Made by a program: the position numbers and the translations under genes
Origin: Thermodesulfobacteriota bacterium
GTDB taxonomy: Bacteria > Desulfobacterota > Desulfarculia > JACQYL01
DNA: 64,000 nt
Assembly (NCBI GenBank): GCA_963675595.2
Contig: CAXXLZ010000001.1
Location: 1,632,001-1,696,000, forward strand
Direction: 5' to 3'
The notes under the pieces: model-generated
What the model saw: only the letters and a program-made list of their open reading frames with translations
Databases searched by the model: none
What the model was told of the DNA's origin: nothing
Part shown: positions 1-9,156 of the stretch, one piece after another
Layout of the letters: every line of letters starts with the position of its first letter
How positions within the stretch are numbered: position 1 is the first letter of the stretch

Positions 1-256
1 GACAGGAGATTTCGGTCACTTTGGTGTAGGGATGAGCAACGAAATGTACCCCCAGTCCCCCTGCCCCAATAACCTTCAGGTCCGAAATGGATCGTTGCGC
101 CTTTTCAAGCGCTTCGCTCAGGACTTTGTCGGCGGACCTGCCGAAATGGCCTCCCGCAGGTGAAATACTGTAGGAAAGTATCTCGCCACCCTGCATAATT
201 ACGGATTTAACAAATGCGGAGCCGACATCCAGTCCCGCTATACATGCCGTGTCCAT
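1..256 (-). CDS. Partial (N-terminus; runs off the window) ASKHA-type CoA-substrate activase / benzoyl-CoA reductase BzdP/BcrD-like subunit
   Basis: Not in the ORF track. Reading the minus strand from ATG at 256 gives MDTACIAGLDVGSAFVKSVIM...GAGGLGVHFV...TKVTEISC, with the G(L/I)DxGS phosphate loop and the TEI(S/T)C cluster Cys. It starts 11 nt after the neighbouring activase. Confidence 0.8.
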   Translation of the reverse strand, partial: MDTACIAGLDVGSAFVKSVIMQGGEILSYSISPAGGHFGRSADKVLSEALEKAQRSISDLKVIGAGGLGVHFVAHPYTKVTEISC

Positions 257-267
257 GGAAAGTTTCC

Positions 268-1134
268 TTACACGTTCTGTCCTATTGAAGCGTCTGCGTC
301 GTAGAACGTAACCGCTTCCAGACGCCGCCTGCCATGTTTCTCTTTGAGCTCTTCCTCCGATAGCCGAAGCGCCTTTTCCTCGGCTATGATGGCGGCGCCC
401 AACGCGCCGGTAATCAAGGGTTCCGGAGGAATCACCACGGGGAATCCGATGCGTTCTTCCAACGCCTTGCAGAGTCCGGCGTTTTTCGCGCCTCCCCCGG
501 TAATGGCCAAGTCCGGCTCGATTTCGACCTTTCTTACCATCGAATAGATTCGACTGGCGTTGGCCTTATGGATACCGGCCAGGATGTCTTCCACCGAATA
601 CCCTTCGGAAAGCCTGAGCAGGGCTTCCTGTTCCGCGAAGACGGTGCAGATGCTGCTGATTTCCGCAGGTTGCGTCGACCGAAGAGACAGGTCCCCGATA
701 TCTTCCAATCGGACCCCCAGCACATCGGAAATCACTTCGAGAAATCTTCCGGTACCGGCGGCGCACTTGTCGTTCATCGCAAAATTGACCAGCTTTCCGT
801 CTTTGAGCTTGATCGCTTTGGTATCCTGTCCTCCAATGTCGATGATGGTTCGGACATTCGGAAAAAGCCAGTTGATGCCGCGCATATGACACGTGATCTC
901 GGTCACCTGCGCGTCCGCGAACGGCACGTTGATTCTGCCGTATCCCGTGGCGACAACGAAATCCACCTGGTCGAAGGACAGGCCGGCCTGTGCCAAAGCC
1001 TCCTCCATGACCTTGTTGGCCAATCTCCGATGCGCCGCATCGGTGGGCTGCTTTACGGAGGCACAGACGCCTTTCGCGTTCTTGATCACCACTTTCGTGA
1101 TGGTCGAACCGATGTCTAAGCCCGCTAAAATCAT
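268..1134 (-). CDS. ATP-dependent [4Fe-4S] activase (HgdC/BadFG/BcrA-BzdQ family)
   Basis: Motifs GLDIGST, ATGYGR, TEITCH, DIGGQDTK, MNDKCAAGTGRFLE, CTVFAE, TGGGAKN. Confidence 0.92.
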   Translation of the reverse strand: MILAGLDIGSTITKVVIKNAKGVCASVKQPTDAAHRRLANKVMEEALAQAGLSFDQVDFVVATGYGRINVPFADAQVTEITCHMRGINWLFPNVRTIIDIGGQDTKAIKLKDGKLVNFAMNDKCAAGTGRFLEVISDVLGVRLEDIGDLSLRSTQPAEISSICTVFAEQEALLRLSEGYSVEDILAGIHKANASRIYSMVRKVEIEPDLAITGGGAKNAGLCKALEERIGFPVVIPPEPLITGALGAAIIAEEKALRLSEEELKEKHGRRRLEAVTFYDADASIGQNV

Positions 1135-1254
1135 GAGGTTATCCTTCTATTTGGTTCACCGAGTGCATGTCTCGAGGAGGTTGGGTCGCCTCGCGTCCGT
1201 GTCCCGGAATGTTGGGGCACAAACGCGAAGCGAGGAGGTGCCGAAGAATACGAG

Positions 1255-2415
1255 TTACTCGATGGTCTCGGCGAACGCCTGGAATCGGGTTCTCAGAGGC
1301 TCGAGAGCCGCCGTTGAATAATCCTGCTCAATGATGAGAACCGGCAGGTCCAAGGACTCGAAGTAGTCCTTGATGCTTGGAACTTCATAGCCGTGAATAT
1401 CGCAGTTGCGGATGATGTTGGCGTATATGGCGTTTACGTTCCAATATTTGGCGAATTCCCTCAGATAGCCGAACCGGTTCTCCAGGTCCTCTTTATACGT
1501 GGCGCCGGACTTGGTGAAGGTTCGAGGGCACTTGACCTCTGTGAGATAGTGTTTCGCCACCCCGTACATGGGGTCTTCCGTGGCCTCGATGTCATGCCAG
1601 AACGGCCGAGCGCCGGTGGCCGTATCTTCCACCACGATGTTGAATCCCGAGTTTTCGATGAGATCCGTGAAGGCCGTGTGATCGATGAGGGAACCCCACA
1701 CGAGCATCCGACCCGGTTTCTTCCGGGTGGCGAGGGGACGGTTTTTCACTTCCTGAATCACCTCTTCCAGAAGAGTATTCCCCTCTTCCACCGGGATCAT
1801 CATGGTCGAGATCAAGACTTCAAGTGTTTCCGAGCCCGTAAGCAACGGCGGATCGGGCTTTCTCAGTTCATACAGCTCGCGGACGAGCCCCCTCTGCTTG
1901 TTATGAAGGGCGATGGACTCCTGCAGGCGATCCGTGGTGACCTTCTTGCCTGCGAAGTCTTCCAGGGTTTCCTTGAAATAGTTCATTTGATCCTTGAAGA
2001 ACCGAACCGCTTCGGACGTGGCGGCATGGGGCACATCCAGGAAGAAACTGCACGGCGTCTTCATATAGTTTCTCCAGATGTGGGAAGTCCGTTCGGCACC
2101 GTCACAGGCATGAGAACCGACGAACCCGTCCAGGTAATCGTACTTTCCTTTCATGCCTACGTCGAAGCAACTCCGGTAAAAGATACACATGACCGTCGGC
2201 AAGTATCCGTCCGCGACCGTGATGGGCTCGTCCATGTCTCCGAGAATCCGGATGGGGATAAGGTCCAACGCAGTCATGATTTCCACTGGAGGATAGCAGC
2301 AGAAATAACCCAGCACCTTCTTGCCCTCGGATTTCAGCTCGCGGGCGCGCTTGCTCCGATGGCTGTAAATTTCGTGCGCCTTGGCCAATCCCGTGCTTTT
2401 CTTTTCATCGCTCAT
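1255..2415 (-). CDS. 2-hydroxyacyl-CoA dehydratase / benzoyl-CoA reductase BcrC/BzdN-like subunit
   Basis: GYFCCYPPVEI, SHACDG, NCDIHGYE and TRFQAFAE; HGD-D family pattern. Confidence 0.85.
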   Translation of the reverse strand: MSDEKKSTGLAKAHEIYSHRSKRARELKSEGKKVLGYFCCYPPVEIMTALDLIPIRILGDMDEPITVADGYLPTVMCIFYRSCFDVGMKGKYDYLDGFVGSHACDGAERTSHIWRNYMKTPCSFFLDVPHAATSEAVRFFKDQMNYFKETLEDFAGKKVTTDRLQESIALHNKQRGLVRELYELRKPDPPLLTGSETLEVLISTMMIPVEEGNTLLEEVIQEVKNRPLATRKKPGRMLVWGSLIDHTAFTDLIENSGFNIVVEDTATGARPFWHDIEATEDPMYGVAKHYLTEVKCPRTFTKSGATYKEDLENRFGYLREFAKYWNVNAIYANIIRNCDIHGYEVPSIKDYFESLDLPVLIIEQDYSTAALEPLRTRFQAFAETIE

Positions 2416-2431
2416 TAGTCTGGTCTCCTTT

Positions 2432-3790
2432 CTACCACGCCATTCCTGCTTTGCGTCTCAGTTCCCGGTAGTGATCCATCGTCTCGACGAAGGCCTCGAT
2501 CTTGGAAATGGCTTCCTCTTCGTTGAACACTCGCAGGTCTACGATATCGCCTTCGATTACGACGCCCGGAACCTTCAGTTTCTCTTCCAGCGCGTTCCGT
2601 GTGTGCAGCAGCGTGTACGTGGCGGGCCGACAGGACATCAACGGATGGGCCAGCAACCCGTCGGCTTGATAGTCCTCGGCGAATTGGAGATAGGCCGCCA
2701 TGAAGAATCCGGGGCCCGTATCGTATTTCACGGCCACCGGGTTGTATTCGGTCCACTTCCTGTAGGAGAGTCGCGCTATGAGTTCCAAGGGGTCCGTCAC
2801 GCCGTCCAACTCCTCCTCGGGAATGGGGAGGATGGGATGGTAGTTCCAGCTTTCAATGGCGATGGCGATACCGAACTGCTCGGCGATCTCGTCGAAAAAG
2901 CCCAGAGTGTGCCACGGAGGCAACTCGGAAAACATCATGCGATATTTTTCGTTGGGAATGGCCCCGATGTTGTTGTCGACCTTCTGCTTCACTTCATCAT
3001 ATACGCGCTGATAGAATTCATAAGCTTCCGGGTCGTCGGGCAAATACAGGTGGGGAATCATGACGGACCAGAAATCCGTACCCACCATGGGCGACGGTTT
3101 GGCCCTCCGCAACAGGTCCACCTGGTGGGCGAGTTCGAGGGTCTTGTACGTCTGGAGCACCATTTCACGCAACCTGTCATAGTCCAGCTTGGTGCCGAGC
3201 AGCTCTTCCAGGAATGCCACGAACTTCCTCAGGTGGGATACCATGAAGGAGATATTCAGTTCCTTGTTCCCCGCCATGAAGAATTCGTTGGTGCCGGTCT
3301 GGGGAAGGTCCAAAGTCCAAACGGGGGCATCCAGGTATCGTCCGAGAGCCTGGAACCATTTGTAGCGGGCGTCACACGCCGCGCCCGATCCCATCAAGAA
3401 TTTGGGCTTGGCCAGACCGCCTCCGGGAGCGCCTTCCGGAACCTTGCCGCCGTTGTCCGCCAGCATGGCCGCGTACCCGATGCAGTTTCGGGCGTATCCG
3501 CACAGGGTGTTGGGATAGCCTTCGGCCGCGCTGCGTTCAAGGTGCGGTTCGGCCTGTCGCACGGAAGCGCAGAACGCCCCGTAGTTCTCAGGGAATACGA
3601 GGTTGACGTCCATGGCTTTGGCGATGAGCTCTCCCTGCCACCAAGTAACCATGGACCAGCCGATAGGGGCTCCCTTTTCCATCGCTTCAAGCCCCTTCTT
3701 CAGCATCTTCTTTCCGAAATAGCCCGCTTCCCGAGCGGTCTGAAGCGTCTTTCCGGATTTCCTTGTTTTTGGCTTCGTTTCATTCCCCAT
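2432..3790 (-). CDS. 2-hydroxyacyl-CoA dehydratase / benzoyl-CoA reductase BcrB/BzdO-like subunit
   Basis: FPENYG, LCGYAR, ACDARYKWFQ, MSCRP and IEGDIVD...IEAFVE. Start placed at ATG 3790 after a GGAGG RBS. Confidence 0.85.
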   Translation of the reverse strand: MGNETKPKTRKSGKTLQTAREAGYFGKKMLKKGLEAMEKGAPIGWSMVTWWQGELIAKAMDVNLVFPENYGAFCASVRQAEPHLERSAAEGYPNTLCGYARNCIGYAAMLADNGGKVPEGAPGGGLAKPKFLMGSGAACDARYKWFQALGRYLDAPVWTLDLPQTGTNEFFMAGNKELNISFMVSHLRKFVAFLEELLGTKLDYDRLREMVLQTYKTLELAHQVDLLRRAKPSPMVGTDFWSVMIPHLYLPDDPEAYEFYQRVYDEVKQKVDNNIGAIPNEKYRMMFSELPPWHTLGFFDEIAEQFGIAIAIESWNYHPILPIPEEELDGVTDPLELIARLSYRKWTEYNPVAVKYDTGPGFFMAAYLQFAEDYQADGLLAHPLMSCRPATYTLLHTRNALEEKLKVPGVVIEGDIVDLRVFNEEEAISKIEAFVETMDHYRELRRKAGMAW

Positions 3791-3822
3791 GATAAGCCTC
3801 CATTCGGGTGAGATTTGTGTCT

Positions 3823-4425
3823 TCAAGCCGCTTGATGTCCGGCCGTCCTCATGCCTTGCAGATAGCTCACCATCGCTTCGATGGATTGGTCGAGGAGCTT
3901 TTCCGACTTGTTCACGGCATGGATGACCGACGTGCCCAAAATTCCGGCAAACAGGACTTCGGCGGCTTGTTCCGTATCCACTTCCTCTCCGATTTCCTTC
4001 AGTCGTTGCGCTTCGTGAAGAAAACGGTGAATCATACCCTTGAGAGCGACGAATCCGGAATTGATCCTGTCCGCATGTTCCGGATTCTGGTTACACAACT
4101 CCACGGACAAAGTAAGAAATACACAACCACCAGGGATGTTTTCGGGATCCTTCAGGTAATTATTGCCGTAGTTGGTCAAGAGCAGTCTGAGTTTATCGCT
4201 CGGGCTGTCGAGCCGGTCGATTCCCTGAAGGACCCGATCACGCCAAAGGCGTTGAGCTTCCTTCATGACCCCGAGGAAGAGATCATCTTTGCTCTTGAAA
4301 TGGTTGTAAAACCCCCCCTTGCTGGTATTGGCCTGCCGCAAAATATCCTCGATGGATGTGCCGACAAAGCCCTTCAAGGAGAAGAGTCGGAGAGACTCAT
4401 GGATAATGCGATCTTTTAGACCCAA
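3823..4425 (-). CDS. TetR/AcrR family transcriptional regulator
   Basis: HTH LFSLKGFVGTSIEDIL...SKGGFYNHFKSKDDL and C-terminal GGCVF motif. Probable TTG start at 4425 after AAGGAG. Confidence 0.9.
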   Translation of the reverse strand: MGLKDRIIHESLRLFSLKGFVGTSIEDILRQANTSKGGFYNHFKSKDDLFLGVMKEAQRLWRDRVLQGIDRLDSPSDKLRLLLTNYGNNYLKDPENIPGGCVFLTLSVELCNQNPEHADRINSGFVALKGMIHRFLHEAQRLKEIGEEVDTEQAAEVLFAGILGTSVIHAVNKSEKLLDQSIEAMVSYLQGMRTAGHQAA

Positions 4426-4792
4426 GAGCTTACTCCTTGGACGGAGCCGGGAGAACCGGTCCGTCCGTGCGCAGGATCGTTCCACGCTTTCCCGGGAGGT
4501 TCAGGGGGGCCGGCCGGGGAAAATCGCGAAAACGGCTTCACGTCTACGAAGGAGACTCCGGTGACCTTCGACCGTCGATCATCCATGGGAAACGAGCGGA
4601 GCCCCATGTCGAGCGAAACCGGGGAAAAACACCCGAGCCGGATTTCCACGTGCTGCGGACCCGGATGACTTTCCGCTTCGAGCGACGACCCCGATACCAG
4701 GTGGGACACGTTCATCGTTTCAGCATGTTGATTGTTGAGGCAAACGTTCACGACGGACCTGTATCATCATTTCTTTAGGAGATCGTCAAGCT

Positions 4793-5221
4793 CTATGCTT
4801 CCCTGTGCATGCAAGTGTTCTCGCCTTCAAACACCACCGCATCGTCCTGGTTCTTCAAGGTGAACTTCCAGGTGGTGAAGACCTTTCCGCCTTTTGCCTC
4901 TTTCTTGTCCAGAATCTCGACAACGAGGCCGATCCTGTCGTTGGGAAAAACGGGCCCCAGTACCTTCAGGTTGTTTGTGGCCACGTGCACGTGCGCTTTG
5001 ACAAGATCACCCGCGAGTCCGAAGACGATGGTGAACAGGAACGGCCCGGGCACCAGTCTGCCTTTGAAGCCCATTGCCTTTGCCGCATCGTCGATGAGAA
5101 AGGGGTCCAGCCGCAACCCTCCGATGGTGCAAAAAAGGTCCAACTCGGTCCCGGTGATGATCCTTGAACCACAGTCGAACTTGTCTCCAATTTTCCCGTC
5201 CGCCAAAGTTCCGGTTGACAT
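4793..5221 (-). CDS. MaoC/PaaZ-type hot-dog fold dehydratase
   Basis: GFKGRLVPG, GPVFPNDRI, KNQDDAVV. ATG at 5221 follows AAGGAG. Confidence 0.82.
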   Translation of the reverse strand: MSTGTLADGKIGDKFDCGSRIITGTELDLFCTIGGLRLDPFLIDDAAKAMGFKGRLVPGPFLFTIVFGLAGDLVKAHVHVATNNLKVLGPVFPNDRIGLVVEILDKKEAKGGKVFTTWKFTLKNQDDAVVFEGENTCMHREA

Positions 5222-5266
5222 CAAGATTCTCCTTTCACTTGTTGATTTCCATTTGTGGAGCCTAAG

Positions 5267-5284
5267 AGACGAACCGGTCGGTCT
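5267..5284. promoter_or_regulatory. Palindromic operator, probably bound by the neighbouring TetR regulator
   Basis: AGACGAACCGGTCGGTCT is a near-perfect 18-bp palindrome lying between the predicted -10 element and the maoC-like RBS. Confidence 0.6.
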
Positions 5285-5293
5285 GTGGCCACC

Positions 5294-5322
5294 AAAATAC
5301 ATACGGACTCCATTCGCGTCAA
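5294..5322 (-). promoter_or_regulatory. Sigma70-type promoter for the MaoC gene/cluster
   Basis: Minus strand reads TTGACG (5322-5317), 17-nt spacer, TATTTT (5299-5294). Confidence 0.5.
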
Positions 5323-5632
5323 GTTTTTTTTAGGGGCGTTCGGCCAGCAGATTCACCCTCTGAGAGCCCTTCGGCAAACCCCTCGCCTGCGCGCATCGGA
5401 ATACAGTCCTCATGCGCATTTGTCGGCTACAGTCCCGATGTAGGCAACATCCCTTTCACGCCCGATGGCCAACGCACGGCAACTGTAGGTATTCTTTTGA
5501 AAATCGGTTCGTAGAAAGACTCTCGGGCCCGAACGACGATGTGACGGGATTCGGGGCTCCCCTGAGTTCGGTTCAGCCAATGACGGTTCAAGTCGGTCGG
5601 AACCCCGAGGAAATCCCACCGAAAGGAATTTA

Positions 5633-8476
5633 ATGTATATCGCCTTGTTCGCTCTCTTTTTCGGCCTCGGTTGTCTCTTGCTCGTTCGAGGCATCAGGCG
5701 CAAATCTCTCTTTCAGGTTGTCGCGGGAGCAATAATCGGAGCAACGACCCTCGCCGTCTCCGTTCTGCTGAATTTTTGGTGCGAAATGCTTTGGTTCGAT
5801 TCCCTCGGATACTCGGACCGGTTCTGGACTGCCATGTTCGCCAAGGCGGGGTTTTTTGTATTGGGGGGGGCGATCGGTTGGCTGGTGCCGTACATCCTCC
5901 TCTACCCCGTGTCCGTAAGGCAGAAGACATTCAAACTCACGGCTTACGCCATAGGCGCTCTTATCGGATCGAGTTGGGGAACCTCCAATTGGGATACATT
6001 GCTCAAGTTCATTCATCGCACGGACATGGGGGTCGTAGACCCGATCCTTAAGAAGGACGTCGGATTTTACCTGTTTTCTCTCCCTTTTTACGACGCCCTT
6101 TACGGCTTGTTGCTGTTCCTGACCATCGCTTCCATCGGGGCCGACTTGGTGCTCCTGTTAGTGAGAGTCAGGGACGGGGAGCCGACATTGGATATGCCGT
6201 CGGACATCGACCAAATGGAGCCGGAACGCTACCGTCCTCTGTTTTTCACCGGCGGGGCGTTGCTCCTGGTCCTGGCCGCGGGAAAATTTATCGACCGGTA
6301 TCACCTTCTCTACTCTTCATGGGGCGTGGTCACCGGTCCGGGGTGGACGGACGTTAATGTGCGCCTCCCCGCATATTCCATCATGTGCGGGATCAGCGCG
6401 GTGCTCGGCATCCTCGTGTTACTTCCTCCAACCAGGGCGTTCTTGAGCCGCCTCATGGACCGTTTGGGTCCGGGAAGCCGTCGTTCACCACTCTACAAAC
6501 CCGGAATCGGATTAGTGGGTTTTTTCCTGATCTGGATACTCGTGCTTTCCGTCGCGCCCTACCTCTTCCAGAGACTGTTGGTGGAGCCCAATGAGATTAC
6601 CCTGGAGCTTCCTTACATCGAACATAACATCCGATTCACCCGACTGGGTTTTAAACTGAACGACGTCGAAGAAAGGAAATTTTCGGCGACCGGAGATTTT
6701 ACGCCGGAAATGGTGACGAATAATAAGAATCTGTTCGCCAACATCAGACTATGGGACTGGAGGGCACTCGAAGCGGTCTACCGGCAATTCCAGGAAATCC
6801 GTCTATATTATGAGTTCGTGGATGTGGACATCGATCGCTACCGGTTCGACAATCAGTACGGAGAGGTCATGGTTTCGGCCAGAGAGCTGAACTTGAGCAA
6901 CCTGCCGCCCCAAAGCAAAACCTTTGTCAACCAACGGTTCAAGTATACTCATGGAAACGGCATCACGCTGACCAAGGTGAGCGAGTTTACGCCTCAGGGG
7001 CTCCCCAATCTGCTGATCAAGGACATCCCGCCTCGCAGCGCATTTCCGGAACTAGAAGTGAAACAACCCCGCATTTACTATGGAGAACTTGCACACGGTT
7101 ACGCCGTGGTCAACTCCGCCGAACAGGAATTCGATTATCCGAGCGGCGAGGAAAACGTCTATTTCAGTTACGATGGCAAAGGAGGCGTGGTTCTGAACAG
7201 CGTCTGGCGGAAATTCCTGTTCGGATCCAGATTCGGAGGAACCAAGTTCTTCTTCTCCCAATATCCCACCCGAGAAAGTCGCATTCTTTTTCACCGGGAA
7301 ATTCGCAGTAGGGTTCGTACGCTTGCTCCGTTCCTGCGATACGACGGCGACCCTTACATCGTTCTCGCGCAAGGACGACTCTATTGGATCATGGACGCCT
7401 ATACCACTTCGACTTATTTCCCTTACAGCGAGCCCTATCTCTCCGAAAAACCGGGAGCGAAGCAGGCCGGGGACGGGACCGGAAAACCGCTTTTCAGGGA
7501 CGCGAGGTTCTTGAAGGGGGCCAATTATGTGCGCAATTCGGTTAAGGTGGTGGTCGACGCCTACAACGGCACGGTGAACTTCTACACCTTCGAGCCGAAA
7601 GACCCTCTGATTCAGGTCTGGAGCGCCATCTTTCCCGGCCTGTTGAAAAGCGCGGAGGAGATGCCCCCGGAGCTGCGCTCACACGTTCGATATCCCACGG
7701 ACATGTTACTCGCTCAAGGCATGGTGTATGCCAAGTATCATATGACGGACCCGAGGGTGTTCTATAATCAGGAAGACTTGTGGGTCCGTGCCACGGAGAA
7801 ATACTATAGTCGTGTTCAGCCGGTGGAGCCTTATTATATCATGTGGGAACCGCCCGGGTCCGACTCTCTGGAGTTCATTCTCATGCTCCCGTTTACCCCC
7901 AAGGATCGTCAAGTGCTGATCGGATGGATCGCCGGTATGTGCGATGGCGACAACTACGGTCGTTTTCTGTCCTATAATTTTCCTAAGGAAGAACGTGTCT
8001 TAGGGACGCAGCAGGTGGAGACCAAGATCGATCAGGATCGCTTTCTTTCGGGGCAACTCACATTGTGGGATCAAAGAGGTTCCAATGTAATCCGAGGCAA
8101 CGTACTCGTCATTCCCGTTGAAGATACGCTGATTTACGTGGAGCCGATCTACTTACGCGCCGAAACCGCTGCGTATCCGGAGCTGAGGTTGGTGGCGGTT
8201 ATGCACAAAGATGACCTGAGTTACGCGGAGAGTTTCGACGAGGCCCTCCAAGGCCTTTTCGGCAAGGAAGAACGCGAGACGCCTCTCGGAGAAACGGTTG
8301 CCGGACAACCCGGGAAGAGCTTCAAGAGCCTTGTGGACACAGCCAACGGAGCCTTCGAAGACTTTTTGAATAGCCTGGGGGATAAAAGATTCAGAGATGC
8401 GTCCACCGCCCTCGAAAATCTTCAGAAATCCCTGAAGCAGCTTTCTCGGTTTTCAGAAGGCCGTGATCAAGAATAG
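5633..8476 (+). CDS. UPF0182 family integral membrane protein
   Basis: LWFDSLGY, DVGFYLFSLP, NIRLWDWR, YVRNSVKVVVDAYNG, LIYVEPIYL; N-terminal TM region plus a large soluble domain. Confidence 0.9.
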   Translation: MYIALFALFFGLGCLLLVRGIRRKSLFQVVAGAIIGATTLAVSVLLNFWCEMLWFDSLGYSDRFWTAMFAKAGFFVLGGAIGWLVPYILLYPVSVRQKTFKLTAYAIGALIGSSWGTSNWDTLLKFIHRTDMGVVDPILKKDVGFYLFSLPFYDALYGLLLFLTIASIGADLVLLLVRVRDGEPTLDMPSDIDQMEPERYRPLFFTGGALLLVLAAGKFIDRYHLLYSSWGVVTGPGWTDVNVRLPAYSIMCGISAVLGILVLLPPTRAFLSRLMDRLGPGSRRSPLYKPGIGLVGFFLIWILVLSVAPYLFQRLLVEPNEITLELPYIEHNIRFTRLGFKLNDVEERKFSATGDFTPEMVTNNKNLFANIRLWDWRALEAVYRQFQEIRLYYEFVDVDIDRYRFDNQYGEVMVSARELNLSNLPPQSKTFVNQRFKYTHGNGITLTKVSEFTPQGLPNLLIKDIPPRSAFPELEVKQPRIYYGELAHGYAVVNSAEQEFDYPSGEENVYFSYDGKGGVVLNSVWRKFLFGSRFGGTKFFFSQYPTRESRILFHREIRSRVRTLAPFLRYDGDPYIVLAQGRLYWIMDAYTTSTYFPYSEPYLSEKPGAKQAGDGTGKPLFRDARFLKGANYVRNSVKVVVDAYNGTVNFYTFEPKDPLIQVWSAIFPGLLKSAEEMPPELRSHVRYPTDMLLAQGMVYAKYHMTDPRVFYNQEDLWVRATEKYYSRVQPVEPYYIMWEPPGSDSLEFILMLPFTPKDRQVLIGWIAGMCDGDNYGRFLSYNFPKEERVLGTQQVETKIDQDRFLSGQLTLWDQRGSNVIRGNVLVIPVEDTLIYVEPIYLRAETAAYPELRLVAVMHKDDLSYAESFDEALQGLFGKEERETPLGETVAGQPGKSFKSLVDTANGAFEDFLNSLGDKRFRDASTALENLQKSLKQLSRFSEGRDQE

Positions 8477-8520
8477 GGGCTCCCTGGTCGAGAACGAAAC
8501 GGAAGTAAAGGGAGGCATCC

Positions 8521-9156
8521 ATGGGCAAACAGAATGATCAACCCGACTCCGTCCGGCAAGGAATCACTCGAAGGGGTTTCATCACAGGAGTGGACGTCGG
8601 AGCGGCGGCGTTAACGGTTTCCACGTGTGTCTCCGCCTCCCGGGTAGAGGAACACGAACTTATCTCCTCGGGGGAAACCGTCAAAGTCACTCTCAACATC
8701 AATTCCCGCAAACACACTCTCCTGGTGGAGCCGAGATGGACTTTGCTGTTTGTGATCCGTGAAAGGCTTGGAATCACCGGTACCAAGGAAGGATGCGGCC
8801 GAGGAGAATGCGGAGCATGCACGGTTCTGATCGACGAAATCCCTCGGTATGCGTGCATGACCCTGGCCCTTGAGGCCGAAGGGCATGAAATTACCACTCT
8901 TGAGGGTCTGATGGACGGTGAACGGTTGGGAACGGTCCAGGAAGCCTTCATCGCGGAAGACGCTTATCAGTGCGGATATTGCACCCCGGGCCAGATCATG
9001 GCCGTCGAAGGCCTGCTGCGGAAGATTCCTGAGCCCTCCCCCGAAGAAATCCGCAGGGGCGTCAGTGGAAACCTTTGCAGATGCGGAGCCTACACGCACA
9101 TCTTCAAAGCCGCCGAGCGCGCCTCCAGGGACCGGTCGAAAGGAGGCTCCTCCTGA
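8521..9156 (+). CDS. Xanthine dehydrogenase/aldehyde oxidoreductase [2Fe-2S] subunit with Tat-like leader (PaoA/YagT-like)
   Basis: TRRGFITG leader; GTKEGCGRGECGACTV; QCGYCTPG; NLCRCG. Confidence 0.9.
   Translation: MGKQNDQPDSVRQGITRRGFITGVDVGAAALTVSTCVSASRVEEHELISSGETVKVTLNINSRKHTLLVEPRWTLLFVIRERLGITGTKEGCGRGECGACTVLIDEIPRYACMTLALEAEGHEITTLEGLMDGERLGTVQEAFIAEDAYQCGYCTPGQIMAVEGLLRKIPEPSPEEIRRGVSGNLCRCGAYTHIFKAAERASRDRSKGGSS

Noticed and set aside
1393-3811. Long plus-strand ORFs 1393..2418 and 2381..3811
   Set aside because: Antisense shadows of the dehydratase/reductase subunits; no recognisable motifs.
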